From a virus (Duplodnaviria; Caudoviricetes): 64,000 bases of DNA. The translations under genes were made by a program, and so were the position numbers. A model generated the notes under the pieces. That model made no database searches. It saw only the letters and a list, made by a program, of their open reading frames with translations, and was not told the DNA's origin. The DNA lies in IMG/VR virus record IMGVR_UViG_3300043409_003130, positions 18,526 to 82,525 of that record, one strand, 5' to 3'. Of the stretch, positions 1-9,875 are shown piece by piece (the stretch's first letter is position 1; every line of letters starts with the position of its first letter).

Positions 1-3000
1 ACATATGGAACAATTAATCCATATATTCGTGGTTTTTATTATATTGGTGATACCCTTGCGGATAGTGTAGGTACGAGTGGAACATCTGGTACATCAGGTA
101 TTACTGGGTCAAGTGGAACTAGCGGCTCTTCTGGAACCTCAGGTTTAAGTGGAAGCTCTGGAACTTCAGGTTTAAGCGGAAGCTCAGGAACAGCAGGTTC
201 GTCTGGAACATCTGGTTCAAGCGGTACTTCCGGTATAGATGGTTCAGCTGGAACCTCAGGTTCAAGTGGAAGCTCTGGAACCTCAGGTTCAAGTGGAAGC
301 TCTGGAACATCTGGTATAGACGGTTCTTCTGGAACTTCAGGTTCAAGCGGTAGCTCTGGTTCTTCAGGTTCAAGCGGAACTTCAGGTTCTGATGGTTCAA
401 GTGGTAGCTCTGGTTCTTCTGGTTCAAGTGGAACCTCAGGATCAAGCGGTTCAAGTGGTAGTTCAGGTTCAAGCGGAACTTCTGGTTCTAGTGGAACGGC
501 CGGTTCGAGTGGAACTTCTGGTATTTCAGGAATAAACGGAACGTCTGGTTCTAACGGTACTTCTGGTACAGCCGGTTCAAGTGGAACTTCTGGTTCGTCT
601 GGAACTTCTGGGTCTAATGGTTCTAGTGGAACTTCTGGTTCTAATGGTTCAAGTGGAACAAGTGGTATAAATGGATCAAGCGGTACTTCTGGTATTTCCG
701 GTATAAATGGAACATCTGGTTCAAGCGGAACTTCTGGTTCATCTGGAACCTCTGGGTCTAATGGTTCAAGCGGAACTTCCGGTACTTCTGGTTCTAGTGG
801 AACGGCCGGTTCTAGTGGAACAAGTGGTATAAATGGTTCTTCCGGAACTTCAGGTATATCAGGAATAAATGGAGCAGCAGGTTCAAATGGAACTTCTGGT
901 ACATCAGGTTCTGACGGTTCAAGTGGTAGTTCGGGTATTTCTGGTTCAAGTGGTTCTTCCGGTTCAGATGGTTCAAGCGGTAGTTCAGGAACATCTGGTT
1001 CAAGTGGTACTTCTGGTATAAATGGTTCTTCCGGAACTTCCGGTATTTCTGGTATAAATGGAACATCAGGTTCAAGTGGAATAAGCGGTAGTTCAGGTTC
1101 AAGTGGAACAAGTGGAATTTCTGGAACTTCTGGTTCTAGTGGAATTTCTGGTTCTTCAGGTTCAAGTGGTTCTTCTGGTTCTTCAGGTTCAAGTGGTTCT
1201 TCTGGTTCAAGCGGTAGCTCAGGAACATCAGGTTCAGATGGTTCAAGCGGAACTTCTGGTACAGCTGGAACATCAGGTTCAAGTGGTACGTCTGGTATAA
1301 ATGGTTCAAGCGGAACAAGTGGTATAAATGGTTCAAGCGGAACTTCTGGTATTTCAGGAATAAATGGAACATCAGGTTCAAGTGGAATAAGTGGTAGCTC
1401 AGGAACTTCCGGTTCAAGCGGTAGCTCAGGTATTTCAGGTTCAAGCGGTACTTCTGGAATTGACGGTTCATCTGGAACTTCAGGTTCAAGTGGAATAAGC
1501 GGTAGCTCTGGTTCTTCTGGTTCAAGTGGAACCTCAGGATCAAGCGGTTCAAGTGGTGAATCTGGTTCAAGCGGAACTTCTGGTTCTTCTGGTACATCAG
1601 GTTCAAGTGGAACAAGCGGTATAAATGGTTCAAGTGGCACTTCTGGTATTTCTGGTATAAACGGTACTTCAGGTTCAAGCGGAATAAGTGGTAGCTCAGG
1701 AACATCAGGAATAAGTGGTAGCTCAGGAACTTCAGGGGTAAACGGTACCTCCGGTACATCAGGTTCAAGCGGTATAGACGGTTCAAGTGGTACTTCAGGA
1801 ACGGCTGGTTCTTCTGGTACGGCTGGTTCGAGCGGTAGTTCTGGTTCTTCCGGTTCAAGCGGTTCATCTGGTTCAAGTGGAACTTCTGGTTCTTCTGGTT
1901 CAAGTGGTAGCTCGGGTATTTCAGGTTCAAGTGGAACTTCTGGTATATCCGGTATAAATGGAACGTCTGGTTCAAGTGGAACTTCTGGTATATCGGGATC
2001 AAGTGGAACTTCTGGTATATCAGGATCAAGTGGAACTTCTGGTATTTCAGGTTCAAGCGGTAGTTCTGGTTCTTCGGGAATAGACGGTTCAAGTGGAACT
2101 TCCGGTTCAAGTGGTAGCTCTGGTACTTCAGGTTCAAGCGGTATATCCGGTTCTTCAGGTACATCCGGTACAGCTGGAACATCTGGTTCAGACGGTTCTT
2201 CTGGTACATCAGGTTCAAGTGGAACATCCGGTATAAATGGTTCTTCTGGAACATCGGGTATTTCTGGTATAAATGGAACATCAGGTTCAAGTGGTACATC
2301 CGGTTCAAGTGGTATTTCAGGTTCAAGTGGTACTTCAGGAATAAGCGGTAGCTCCGGTACATCTGGTATATCCGGTTCAAGCGGTAGTTCAGGTTCTGAT
2401 GGTTCAAGTGGTAGCTCAGGAACTTCAGGTATATCCGGTTCTAGTGGAACTTCTGGTTCTTCAGGAATAGACGGTTCAAGTGGAACATCAGGTTCAAGCG
2501 GCAGTTCCGGAACATCAGGTTCAAGTGGTACGTCTGGTATAAACGGTTCAAGTGGAACTTCAGGTATTTCTGGAATAAACGGTACTTCAGGTTCAAGTGG
2601 AACATCCGGAATAAGTGGTAGCTCGGGAACTTCCGGTTCAAGTGGAACTTCTGGTTTAGCTGGTTCTAGTGGAACTTCTGGTTTAGCTGGTTCTAGTGGA
2701 ACATCTGGTTCAGATGGTTCAAGTGGAACATCCGGAATAAGTGGTAGTTCAGGAACGTCCGGTTCAGATGGTTCTTCTGGAACATCAGGTTCTTCAGGTT
2801 CAAGTGGTACATCTGGTTCTTCAGGTTCAAGTGGTGCATCTGGCTCAAGTGGTAGTTCTGGAACATCCGGTATAAATGGTTCTTCTGGAACTTCTGGTAT
2901 TTCAGGAATAAATGGTACGGCCGGTTCTTCTGGTTCAAGCGGTACATCAGGTATAAATGGCTCAAGTGGAACTTCTGGATCTAGTGGTATAGGCGGTTCA

Positions 3001-6000
3001 AGCGGTACATCTGGTTCAAGTGGAACTTCAGGCTTTGATGGGTCATCTGGTTCAAGTGGAACCTCTGGTATATCAGGTTCAAGTGGAACATCTGGTTCAA
3101 GCGGAACCTCAGGATCAAGCGGTTCAAGTGGTGAATCTGGTTCAAGCGGAACTTCTGGTTCAAGCGGTTCTAGTGGAACTTCTGGTTCAAGCGGAACAAG
3201 TGGTATAAACGGTTCAAGCGGTACATCCGGTATTTCTGGAGTAAATGGAACTTCCGGTTCAAGTGGAACTTCAGGTAGTTCAGGCTCTAGCGGAACTTCT
3301 GGTTCAAGCGGTGAATCTGGTTCTTCCGGTTCAAGTGGAACTTCTGGATCAAGTGGAATAGACGGGTCTTCTGGTACATCAGGTTCAAGCGGCACATCTG
3401 GTTCTTCAGGCTCAAGCGGTAGCTCAGGAACTTCTGGTACATCAGGTGCATCAGGTTCAAGTGGAACAAGTGGTAGCTCAGGTTCAAGTGGAACTTCCGG
3501 TTCTTCAGGTTCAAGTGGAACTTCGGGTATAAACGGTTCAAGCGGTACTTCAGGTATTTCTGGAATAAATGGTACATCAGGGTCAAGTGGAATAAGTGGT
3601 AGCTCTGGTTCAAGCGGTAGCTCAGGAACTTCAGGCTCAAACGGTACTTCAGGAACAGCCGGGTCAGATGGTTCAAGCGGAACTTCTGGTTCTAGTGGAA
3701 CATCTGGTATAAACGGTTCAAGTGGAACTTCTGGTTCTTCTGGATCAAGTGGAACAGCTGGATCTTCAGGAACCTCTGGTTCTTCAGGAACTTCAGGTTC
3801 AAGTGGAACTTCTGGTTCTTCAGGTTCAAGTGGAACTTCTGGTTCTTCTGGTTCAAGCGGAACCTCTGGTATAAATGGTTCAAGTGGAACTTCTGGTATT
3901 TCTGGAGTAAATGGAACTTCTGGTTCAAGTGGAATTTCCGGTTCTTCTGGAACATCAGGAATAAGTGGAAGCTCAGGAACTTCCGGTTCTGACGGTTCAA
4001 GCGGTAGTTCAGGGTCAAGTGGTGCTTCGGGTTCTTCTGGTTCAAGCGGCACTTCTGGTTTGGACGGTTCAAGCGGTAGTTCAGGCTCTAGTGGAACTTC
4101 TGGTTCTTCTGGTTCAAGCGGTGAATCTGGTTCTTCTGGTACATCAGGTTCAAGCGGTTCAAGCGGTTCTAGTGGAACAAGTGGTATAAATGGTTCAAGT
4201 GGAACGTCCGGTATTTCTGGTATAAATGGAACATCAGGTTCAAGTGGAATTTCCGGCTCAAGTGGAACTTCTGGTATTTCAGGTTCAAGTGGTAGTTCAG
4301 GAACTTCTGGATCAAGCGGAACTTCTGGTATTTCAGGTTCAAGCGGAACATCTGGTTCCGATGGATCTAGTGGTAGTTCAGGTATTTCTGGTTCAAGTGG
4401 GACTTCTGGTTCTTCTGGAACTTCCGGTTCAAGTGGAACTTCTGGTTCTTCTGGTTCAAGTGGAACCTCTGGTTCTAGTGGTAGTTCTGGTTCTTCAGGT
4501 TCAAGTGGTACTTCTGGTATAAACGGTTCAAGTGGAACGTCAGGTATTTCTGGAATAAACGGTACTTCAGGATCAAGCGGAATAAGTGGTAGTTCAGGTT
4601 CAAGTGGAACATCGGGTTCAAGCGGTACATCTGGTTCAAGCGGGTCAAGCGGAACTTCTGGTTTAGCTGGATCAAGTGGAACATCTGGTTCAGATGGCTC
4701 AAGTGGAACATCAGGAATAAGTGGAAGCTCAGGAACTTCAGGTTCAGATGGTTCAAGCGGTAGTTCTGGTTCTTCAGGTTCAAGTGGAACTTCTGGTTCT
4801 TCTGGTTCAAGCGGAACCTCTGGTTCTAGTGGTAGTTCGGGAACATCTGGTATAAATGGTTCTAGTGGAACATCTGGTATTTCAGGAATAAATGGTACAT
4901 CCGGTTCTTCAGGTTCAAGCGGTACATCTGGTATAAATGGTTCAAGTGGAACCTCTGGTTCTTCTGGTTCAAGTGGTGAATCTGGTTCTTCCGGTTCAAG
5001 CGGAACTTCTGGATCAAGTGGAATAGACGGGTCTTCTGGGACGTCAGGTTCAAGCGGTAGTTCTGGTTCTTCAGGTTCAAGTGGTAGCTCAGGAACTTCT
5101 GGTTCAAGTGGAATTTCAGGATCAAGCGGTAGTTCTGGTTCTTCAGGTTCAAGTGGTACCTCTGGTATAAATGGTTCTTCTGGAACATCAGGTATTTCTG
5201 GAGTAAATGGTACATCTGGTTCAAGCGGAACCTCAGGAATAAGCGGTAGCTCAGGAACTTCTGGTATATCAGGTTCAAGTGGTAGCTCAGGAACTTCTGG
5301 AACATCAGGTTCAAGTGGGACTTCAGGTTCTTCTGGAACTTCAGGTTCAAGTGGAACTTCCGGTAATGATGGTTCTTCCGGTTCAAGCGGAACTTCTGGT
5401 ATTTCAGGTTCAAGCGGTTCAAGTGGAACTTCTGGCTTAAGCGGTAGTTCAGGAACTTCTGGTATAAATGGTTCTTCTGGAACTTCCGGTTCAAGTGGAA
5501 CTTCAGGTATTTCAGGAATAAACGGAACATCAGGTTCTAGTGGAACTTCAGGTATAAATGGTTCAAGCGGAACTTCAGGTTTAAATGGTTCTTCTGGAAC
5601 CTCTGGCCTAAGTGGTAGTTCAGGAACTTCAGGTTCAAGCGGTACATCCGGTTCAAGTGGTACATCTGGTATAAATGGATCAAGTGGTACATCTGGTTCA
5701 AGTGGGACTTCGGGTTCTTCCGGTTCAAGTGGAACTTCTGGAACATCAGGTTCAAGTGGGACTTCAGGTTCAAGTGGTACATCTGGTTCTTCAGGTTCAA
5801 GCGGAACTTCTGGTTTAAATGGTTCAAGTGGAACATCTGGTATAAATGGTACTTCTGGTTCAAGCGGTACTTCTGGATCAAGTGGAACATCTGGTTCTAG
5901 TGGTAGCTCAGGAACTTCAGGTTCAAGCGGATTAAGCGGAGTAAATGGAATAGACGGTTCAAGTGGAACTTCTGGTATAAATGGTTCAAGTGGAACATCT

Positions 6001-8493
6001 GGTTCTTCTGGATCAAGCGGAACTTCTGGGTCTAGCGGAACTTCAGGTTCTAGTGGGTCTAGTGGAACATCTGGTTCTTCTGGATCAAGCGGAACATCTG
6101 GTTCTAGTGGTAGTTCAGGAACTTCAGGTATAAATGGTAGTTCAGGAACTTCGGGTATAAATGGTTCAAGTGGAACTTCAGGCTCAAGTGGAACTTCGGG
6201 TTCAAGTGGTTCTAGTGGAACTTCAGGTTCAAGTGGTTCTAGTGGAACGTCTGGTTCTTCTGGAACATCTGGGTCTAGTGGAACATCTGGAACTTCTGGT
6301 TCTAGTGGTACTTCTGGATCAAGCGGAACTTCTGGTATTTCAGGAATAAATGGTACTTCAGGTTCAAGCGGTATTTCAGGTTCAAGTGGAACTTCTGGAA
6401 TATCTGGAACTTCAGGTTCAAGTGGTAGTTCAGGCTCTAGTGGAACTTCTGGTATTTCAGGTTCAAGTGGAACTTCTGGTTCAAGCGGTAGTTCAGGTTC
6501 AAGCGGAACGTCTGGTTCTTCAGGTTCAAGCGGTAGTTCAGGAATATCTGGTTCTTCTGGAACTTCTGGTTCAAGTGGTTCAAGCGGTTCATCTGGTACA
6601 TCAGGTTCAAGTGGTACTTCTGGTATTTCAGGAATAAATGGTACATCTGGTACATCTGGTGCAACTGGTTCAAACGGTTCTTCTGGAACTTCAGGTTCAA
6701 GTGGTAGCTCAGGTACATCAGGTTCAAGTGGTAGTTCAGGTTCAAGCGGAACTTCTGGTTCTAGCGGTAGTTCTGGAACATCAGGTATAAATGGTTCAAG
6801 CGGTAGCTCTGGAACTTCTGGAAATTCAGGTTCAAGTGGGACTTCGGGTTCTTCAGGCTCAAGCGGTAGTTCAGGTTCTTCAGGTTCAAGTGGTAGTTCT
6901 GGAACATCAGGCGTATCAGGTTCAAGTGGAACATCTGGAATATCTGGAACTTCTGGTTCAAGTGGTAGCTCAGGTACATCAGGTTCAAGTGGTAGTTCAG
7001 GTTCAAGTGGAACTTCTGGTTCAAGTGGAACTTCTGGTTCTTCAGGTTCAAGTGGTAGTTCTGGAACATCAGGTTTAAGCGGTTCAAGTGGTACTTCTGG
7101 TATTTCTGGAGTAAATGGAACTTCTGGTACTTCTGGTGCAAATGGTTCAAGCGGAACCTCTGGTTCAAATGGTTCAAGCGGTACTTCTGGTAATTCAGGT
7201 TCTAGCGGGTCAAGTGGAACTTCCGGTAACTCAGGTTCAAGTGGTACGTCTGGCTTAAACGGTGCAAATGGTTCAAGCGGAACTTCAGGTTCAAGCGGAA
7301 CTTCTGGTTCTTCAGGCTCAAGCGGTAGTTCAGGTTCTTCAGGTTCTAGTGGTAGTTCAGGAACTTCCGGTTCTTCAGGTTCGTCAGGTTCAAGTGGAAC
7401 TTCTGGTATAAATGGTTCAAGCGGAACCTCTGGTACGTCAGGTGCAACTGGGTCAAATGGCTCTAGTGGAACATCAGGTTCAAGCGGTAGCTCTGGAACA
7501 TCAGGCTCTTCTGGTTCAAGTGGAACAAGCGGCAGCTCAGGTTCAAGCGGTAGTTCAGGAACATCAGGCTCAAGCGGTTCAAGTGGAACTTCTGGTATTA
7601 GTGGCAGTTCAGGTACTTCAGGTATTTCTGGAGTAAATGGAACTTCTGGTACATCAGGCGGAACTGGTTCAAACGGTTCAAGTGGAACTTCAGGTTCTTC
7701 AGGTTCTAGCGGTACGTCCGGTGCAACTGGTTCAAACGGTTTAAATGGTTCAAGTGGAACTTCAGGTTCTTCAGGTTCTAGTGGTGCAACCGGCTCAAAC
7801 GGTTCTTCTGGAACTTCAGGTTCTAGTGGATCAAGCGGTTCAACTGGTTCAAATGGTTCTTCTGGAACTTCAGGTTCTAGCGGTACTTCTGTTGCTGTTT
7901 CTGGAACAAATAATACCCTTGTTAAATTTACATCTTCTTCAACTGTTGGTAATTCAACAATAACGGATGATGGAACTAATATAAAAGCGACAACAACTTC
8001 ATTAGTCGCTGGATATGACCCAACTCCATTAGCTGGAACCATACGAGACGGGGTAACATCAGTGCTAGGTGATTTAAATTCATGGAATAGTAATTTCTAT
8101 CAAGGAACTGTATTATATTCAGAAACAGCAGGAGCAACAATTACCTTTGGTCAATTATGTTATAGAACACAAAACGAAACTTGGGAATTAGCTGATGCAA
8201 CAGCAATTGCATCCGCAGCAACTAACATGTTAGGCATTTGTGTTAAATCTTCAACTTCAACTAATCCAACTTCCATACTAATTAATGGGTTTGTTGAAAC
8301 TGCTACTTATGCAGCTATTTTAAAATCTGGAGAACCTTTGTATATGGCTATAACTGCAGGCAGTATGACTAAAACCGCACCAACCACTGCTGGAAACATA
8401 GTTAGATTAATAGGTCATACATTTTGGGACTCTAATACAAATTCAAAAATAGTAATACGCTTTAATCCTGAAAATTCTTGGATAGAATTATAA
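1..8493 (+). CDS. Giant Gly-X-Ser collagen-like virion fibre protein, 5'-truncated (at least 2830 aa); C-terminal domain resembles phage fibre/head-attachment domains
   Basis: Frame 1 reads open from base 1 (TYGTINPYIRGFYYIGDTLADSVGTSGTSG...) and is the same frame as the ORF-track entry 4060..8493, whose TTG start is internal. Non-repetitive C-terminus: VAVSGTNNTLVKFTSSSTVGNS...GQLCY...WELADA...GEPLY...TAPTTAGNIVRLIG. Confidence 0.85.
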   Translation, partial: TYGTINPYIRGFYYIGDTLADSVGTSGTSGTSGITGSSGTSGSSGTSGLSGSSGTSGLSGSSGTAGSSGTSGSSGTSGIDGSAGTSGSSGSSGTSGSSGSSGTSGIDGSSGTSGSSGSSGSSGSSGTSGSDGSSGSSGSSGSSGTSGSSGSSGSSGSSGTSGSSGTAGSSGTSGISGINGTSGSNGTSGTAGSSGTSGSSGTSGSNGSSGTSGSNGSSGTSGINGSSGTSGISGINGTSGSSGTSGSSGTSGSNGSSGTSGTSGSSGTAGSSGTSGINGSSGTSGISGINGAAGSNGTSGTSGSDGSSGSSGISGSSGSSGSDGSSGSSGTSGSSGTSGINGSSGTSGISGINGTSGSSGISGSSGSSGTSGISGTSGSSGISGSSGSSGSSGSSGSSGSSGSSGSSGTSGSDGSSGTSGTAGTSGSSGTSGINGSSGTSGINGSSGTSGISGINGTSGSSGISGSSGTSGSSGSSGISGSSGTSGIDGSSGTSGSSGISGSSGSSGSSGTSGSSGSSGESGSSGTSGSSGTSGSSGTSGINGSSGTSGISGINGTSGSSGISGSSGTSGISGSSGTSGVNGTSGTSGSSGIDGSSGTSGTAGSSGTAGSSGSSGSSGSSGSSGSSGTSGSSGSSGSSGISGSSGTSGISGINGTSGSSGTSGISGSSGTSGISGSSGTSGISGSSGSSGSSGIDGSSGTSGSSGSSGTSGSSGISGSSGTSGTAGTSGSDGSSGTSGSSGTSGINGSSGTSGISGINGTSGSSGTSGSSGISGSSGTSGISGSSGTSGISGSSGSSGSDGSSGSSGTSGISGSSGTSGSSGIDGSSGTSGSSGSSGTSGSSGTSGINGSSGTSGISGINGTSGSSGTSGISGSSGTSGSSGTSGLAGSSGTSGLAGSSGTSGSDGSSGTSGISGSSGTSGSDGSSGTSGSSGSSGTSGSSGSSGASGSSGSSGTSGINGSSGTSGISGINGTAGSSGSSGTSGINGSSGTSGSSGIGGSSGTSGSSGTSGFDGSSGSSGTSGISGSSGTSGSSGTSGSSGSSGESGSSGTSGSSGSSGTSGSSGTSGINGSSGTSGISGVNGTSGSSGTSGSSGSSGTSGSSGESGSSGSSGTSGSSGIDGSSGTSGSSGTSGSSGSSGSSGTSGTSGASGSSGTSGSSGSSGTSGSSGSSGTSGINGSSGTSGISGINGTSGSSGISGSSGSSGSSGTSGSNGTSGTAGSDGSSGTSGSSGTSGINGSSGTSGSSGSSGTAGSSGTSGSSGTSGSSGTSGSSGSSGTSGSSGSSGTSGINGSSGTSGISGVNGTSGSSGISGSSGTSGISGSSGTSGSDGSSGSSGSSGASGSSGSSGTSGLDGSSGSSGSSGTSGSSGSSGESGSSGTSGSSGSSGSSGTSGINGSSGTSGISGINGTSGSSGISGSSGTSGISGSSGSSGTSGSSGTSGISGSSGTSGSDGSSGSSGISGSSGTSGSSGTSGSSGTSGSSGSSGTSGSSGSSGSSGSSGTSGINGSSGTSGISGINGTSGSSGISGSSGSSGTSGSSGTSGSSGSSGTSGLAGSSGTSGSDGSSGTSGISGSSGTSGSDGSSGSSGSSGSSGTSGSSGSSGTSGSSGSSGTSGINGSSGTSGISGINGTSGSSGSSGTSGINGSSGTSGSSGSSGESGSSGSSGTSGSSGIDGSSGTSGSSGSSGSSGSSGSSGTSGSSGISGSSGSSGSSGSSGTSGINGSSGTSGISGVNGTSGSSGTSGISGSSGTSGISGSSGSSGTSGTSGSSGTSGSSGTSGSSGTSGNDGSSGSSGTSGISGSSGSSGTSGLSGSSGTSGINGSSGTSGSSGTSGISGINGTSGSSGTSGINGSSGTSGLNGSSGTSGLSGSSGTSGSSGTSGSSGTSGINGSSGTSGSSGTSGSSGSSGTSGTSGSSGTSGSSGTSGSSGSSGTSGLNGSSGTSGINGTSGSSGTSGSSGTSGSSGSSGTSGSSGLSGVNGIDGSSGTSGINGSSGTSGSSGSSGTSGSSGTSGSSGSSGTSGSSGSSGTSGSSGSSGTSGINGSSGTSGINGSSGTSGSSGTSGSSGSSGTSGSSGSSGTSGSSGTSGSSGTSGTSGSSGTSGSSGTSGISGINGTSGSSGISGSSGTSGISGTSGSSGSSGSSGTSGISGSSGTSGSSGSSGSSGTSGSSGSSGSSGISGSSGTSGSSGSSGSSGTSGSSGTSGISGINGTSGTSGATGSNGSSGTSGSSGSSGTSGSSGSSGSSGTSGSSGSSGTSGINGSSGSSGTSGNSGSSGTSGSSGSSGSSGSSGSSGSSGTSGVSGSSGTSGISGTSGSSGSSGTSGSSGSSGSSGTSGSSGTSGSSGSSGSSGTSGLSGSSGTSGISGVNGTSGTSGANGSSGTSGSNGSSGTSGNSGSSGSSGTSGNSGSSGTSGLNGANGSSGTSGSSGTSGSSGSSGSSGSSGSSGSSGTSGSSGSSGSSGTSGINGSSGTSGTSGATGSNGSSGTSGSSGSSGTSGSSGSSGTSGSSGSSGSSGTSGSSGSSGTSGISGSSGTSGISGVNGTSGTSGGTGSNGSSGTSGSSGSSGTSGATGSNGLNGSSGTSGSSGSSGATGSNGSSGTSGSSGSSGSTGSNGSSGTSGSSGTSVAVSGTNNTLVKFTSSSTVGNSTITDDGTNIKATTTSLVAGYDPTPLAGTIRDGVTSVLGDLNSWNSNFYQGTVLYSETAGATITFGQLCYRTQNETWELADATAIASAATNMLGICVKSSTSTNPTSILINGFVETATYAAILKSGEPLYMAITAGSMTKTAPTTAGNIVRLIGHTFWDSNTNSKIVIRFNPENSWIEL
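70..7890 (+). repeat. 9-nt-period coding repeat, (Gly-X-Y) x 869: GSS/GTS/GIS/GIN/GSD etc.
   Basis: 7821 nt = 869 x 9. Pro at every third position of the antisense ORF confirms GG every 9 nt. Codons are synonymously diversified. Confidence 0.95.
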
Positions 8494-8503
8494 TATTTAA
8501 TTT

Positions 8504-9451
8504 ATGAAAATTAAAGGAGTAGATACAACGGTTATTGTTAAAATAAATGGAATTGCTCGAGCTTCAATTGTAAAAGCCTCTGGAGTAGCCCTTCCAGTTA
8601 TATCAACTACCACTACAACAACCTCTGGTGGATTTACCTCAGCAACTGGTGGAACCGTAACAACTTCTGGTGACTATAAAATACATACATTTACTAGTGT
8701 AGGCAGTACAAACTTTGTAGTTAGTACCGTTGGAACTGCTCCAAATAATAAGTTTGAAATATTATTAGTTGCAGGCGGAGGTGGTGGAGGTGGACAGTAT
8801 GTAGGAGGCGGTGGCGGTGGCGGCGGAGTCATTGAAAATACAAACTATGGTTTATCAAGTGGTGCAACAACATATAGTGTAGCAGTAGGTGGTGGTGGAG
8901 CTGGAAGTAGTTACTTTGAAACAGCCGGCGGTAACGGTACAAACACAACTTTTGATAGTAATACGGCAGTCGGCGGTGGCGGCGGAGCAAGCCATGGAGC
9001 TAATGCTCAAGTTGGAGGTTCAGGTGGAGGTGGTGCCGGTCTACAATATAACAATCCAACACAGGAATTAGGAGCAGCTGGAACAGCAAGTCAAGGTAAT
9101 GCAGGTGGTAATGGTTCTGGTGCAGGTCCATACTATGGTGCAGGTGGTGGAGGAGGAGCCGGGGCAGTTGGAAGTGTTGGAACTGGTACAAATGGCGGAG
9201 CTGGTGGAGCCGGAGTAGTATCAGCAATAGATAGTAATTACTACGGTGGAGGCGGCGGAGGCTCGGTTTATACAGCAAATGGAACCGGCGGAGCTGGAGG
9301 AACTGGCGGCGGTGGAGCTGGAAGTGATGGAGGCGGAACGAATGGCACTGCTAATACCGGCGGTGGAGGCGGTGGTTCTGAAAGAAATGGAACAGCTACC
9401 GGTGGTTCAGGTGGTTCAGGTATTGTAATAATAAAATATAAATTTCAATAA
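8504..9451 (+). CDS. Glycine-rich virion fibre/adhesin-like protein
   Basis: ATGGTVTTSGDYKIHTFT...LLVAGGGGGG...GGGGGG...NTGGGGGG...GGSGIVIIKY, a pattern typical of phage glycine-rich domains. Confidence 0.75.
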   Translation: MKIKGVDTTVIVKINGIARASIVKASGVALPVISTTTTTTSGGFTSATGGTVTTSGDYKIHTFTSVGSTNFVVSTVGTAPNNKFEILLVAGGGGGGGQYVGGGGGGGGVIENTNYGLSSGATTYSVAVGGGGAGSSYFETAGGNGTNTTFDSNTAVGGGGGASHGANAQVGGSGGGGAGLQYNNPTQELGAAGTASQGNAGGNGSGAGPYYGAGGGGGAGAVGSVGTGTNGGAGGAGVVSAIDSNYYGGGGGGSVYTANGTGGAGGTGGGGAGSDGGGTNGTANTGGGGGGSERNGTATGGSGGSGIVIIKYKFQ

Positions 9452-9820
9452 ATGGCACATTTTGCACTTATAAAAGAAACTATTGTAATTGCAGTAATTA
9501 TAGTTGATAATAATGCAATTACCGATAATGGAGTTGAGGTTGAACAATTAGGTATTGACTTAATAGACTCTTTAAATATTAAAGGGCTTTATGATTATGA
9601 TACGGTAAGACAAACCTCTTATAATTCAAATTTTAGAAGTAAATATGCCAGAATAGGAGACACTTGGAATGAAATTAATAATGTTTTTATTTCACCTAAA
9701 CCCTTTCCAAGTTGGGTATTAGATGCTAATTTTAAATGGAAATCACAAGTAACCTATCCAAGTAGTGGTCACTATACCTGGAATGAAACCCTATCTGAAT
9801 GGGTACCTTTATCATTTTAA
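9452..9820 (+). CDS. Small partner protein of the glycine-rich fibre gene (MAHFA...QTSYN family)
   Basis: MAHFA..VIAVIIV...QTSYNSNFRSKYARIGDTW...FISPKPFPSWVL; starts immediately after the upstream stop. Confidence 0.65.
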   Translation: MAHFALIKETIVIAVIIVDNNAITDNGVEVEQLGIDLIDSLNIKGLYDYDTVRQTSYNSNFRSKYARIGDTWNEINNVFISPKPFPSWVLDANFKWKSQVTYPSSGHYTWNETLSEWVPLSF

Positions 9821-9830
9821 TTAATCTTAA

Positions 9831-9857
9831 AAACCACTAGTGTAATATAAGTATAAT
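9831..9857 (+). promoter_or_regulatory. Putative promoter AAAC-N17-TATAAT
   Basis: AAAC 9831-9834, TATAAT 9852-9857; the same layout recurs at 25097, 33508, 34532 and 39243. Confidence 0.55.
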
Positions 9858-9875
9858 CTTAAAAGATTTAATTAT

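Noticed and set aside
4060-4062. ORF-track start for the fibre gene
   Set aside because: Internal TTG (Leu); the frame is open back to base 1.
70-7890. Possible CRISPR array or non-coding satellite
   Set aside because: No constant repeat with unique spacers; variation is synonymous and keeps a 9-nt coding period.
119-7963. Many short ORFs in other frames within the repeat (LNLKFQ.., VQVELL..)
   Set aside because: Off-frame readings of the same repeat.
39-8042. 2667-aa Pro/Glu-rich minus-strand ORF (PEVPLE...)
   Set aside because: Shadow of the Gly-X-Ser repeat: GGN codons force CCN on the other strand and stops are excluded by composition. The plus frame continues into a real C-terminal domain and an operon.
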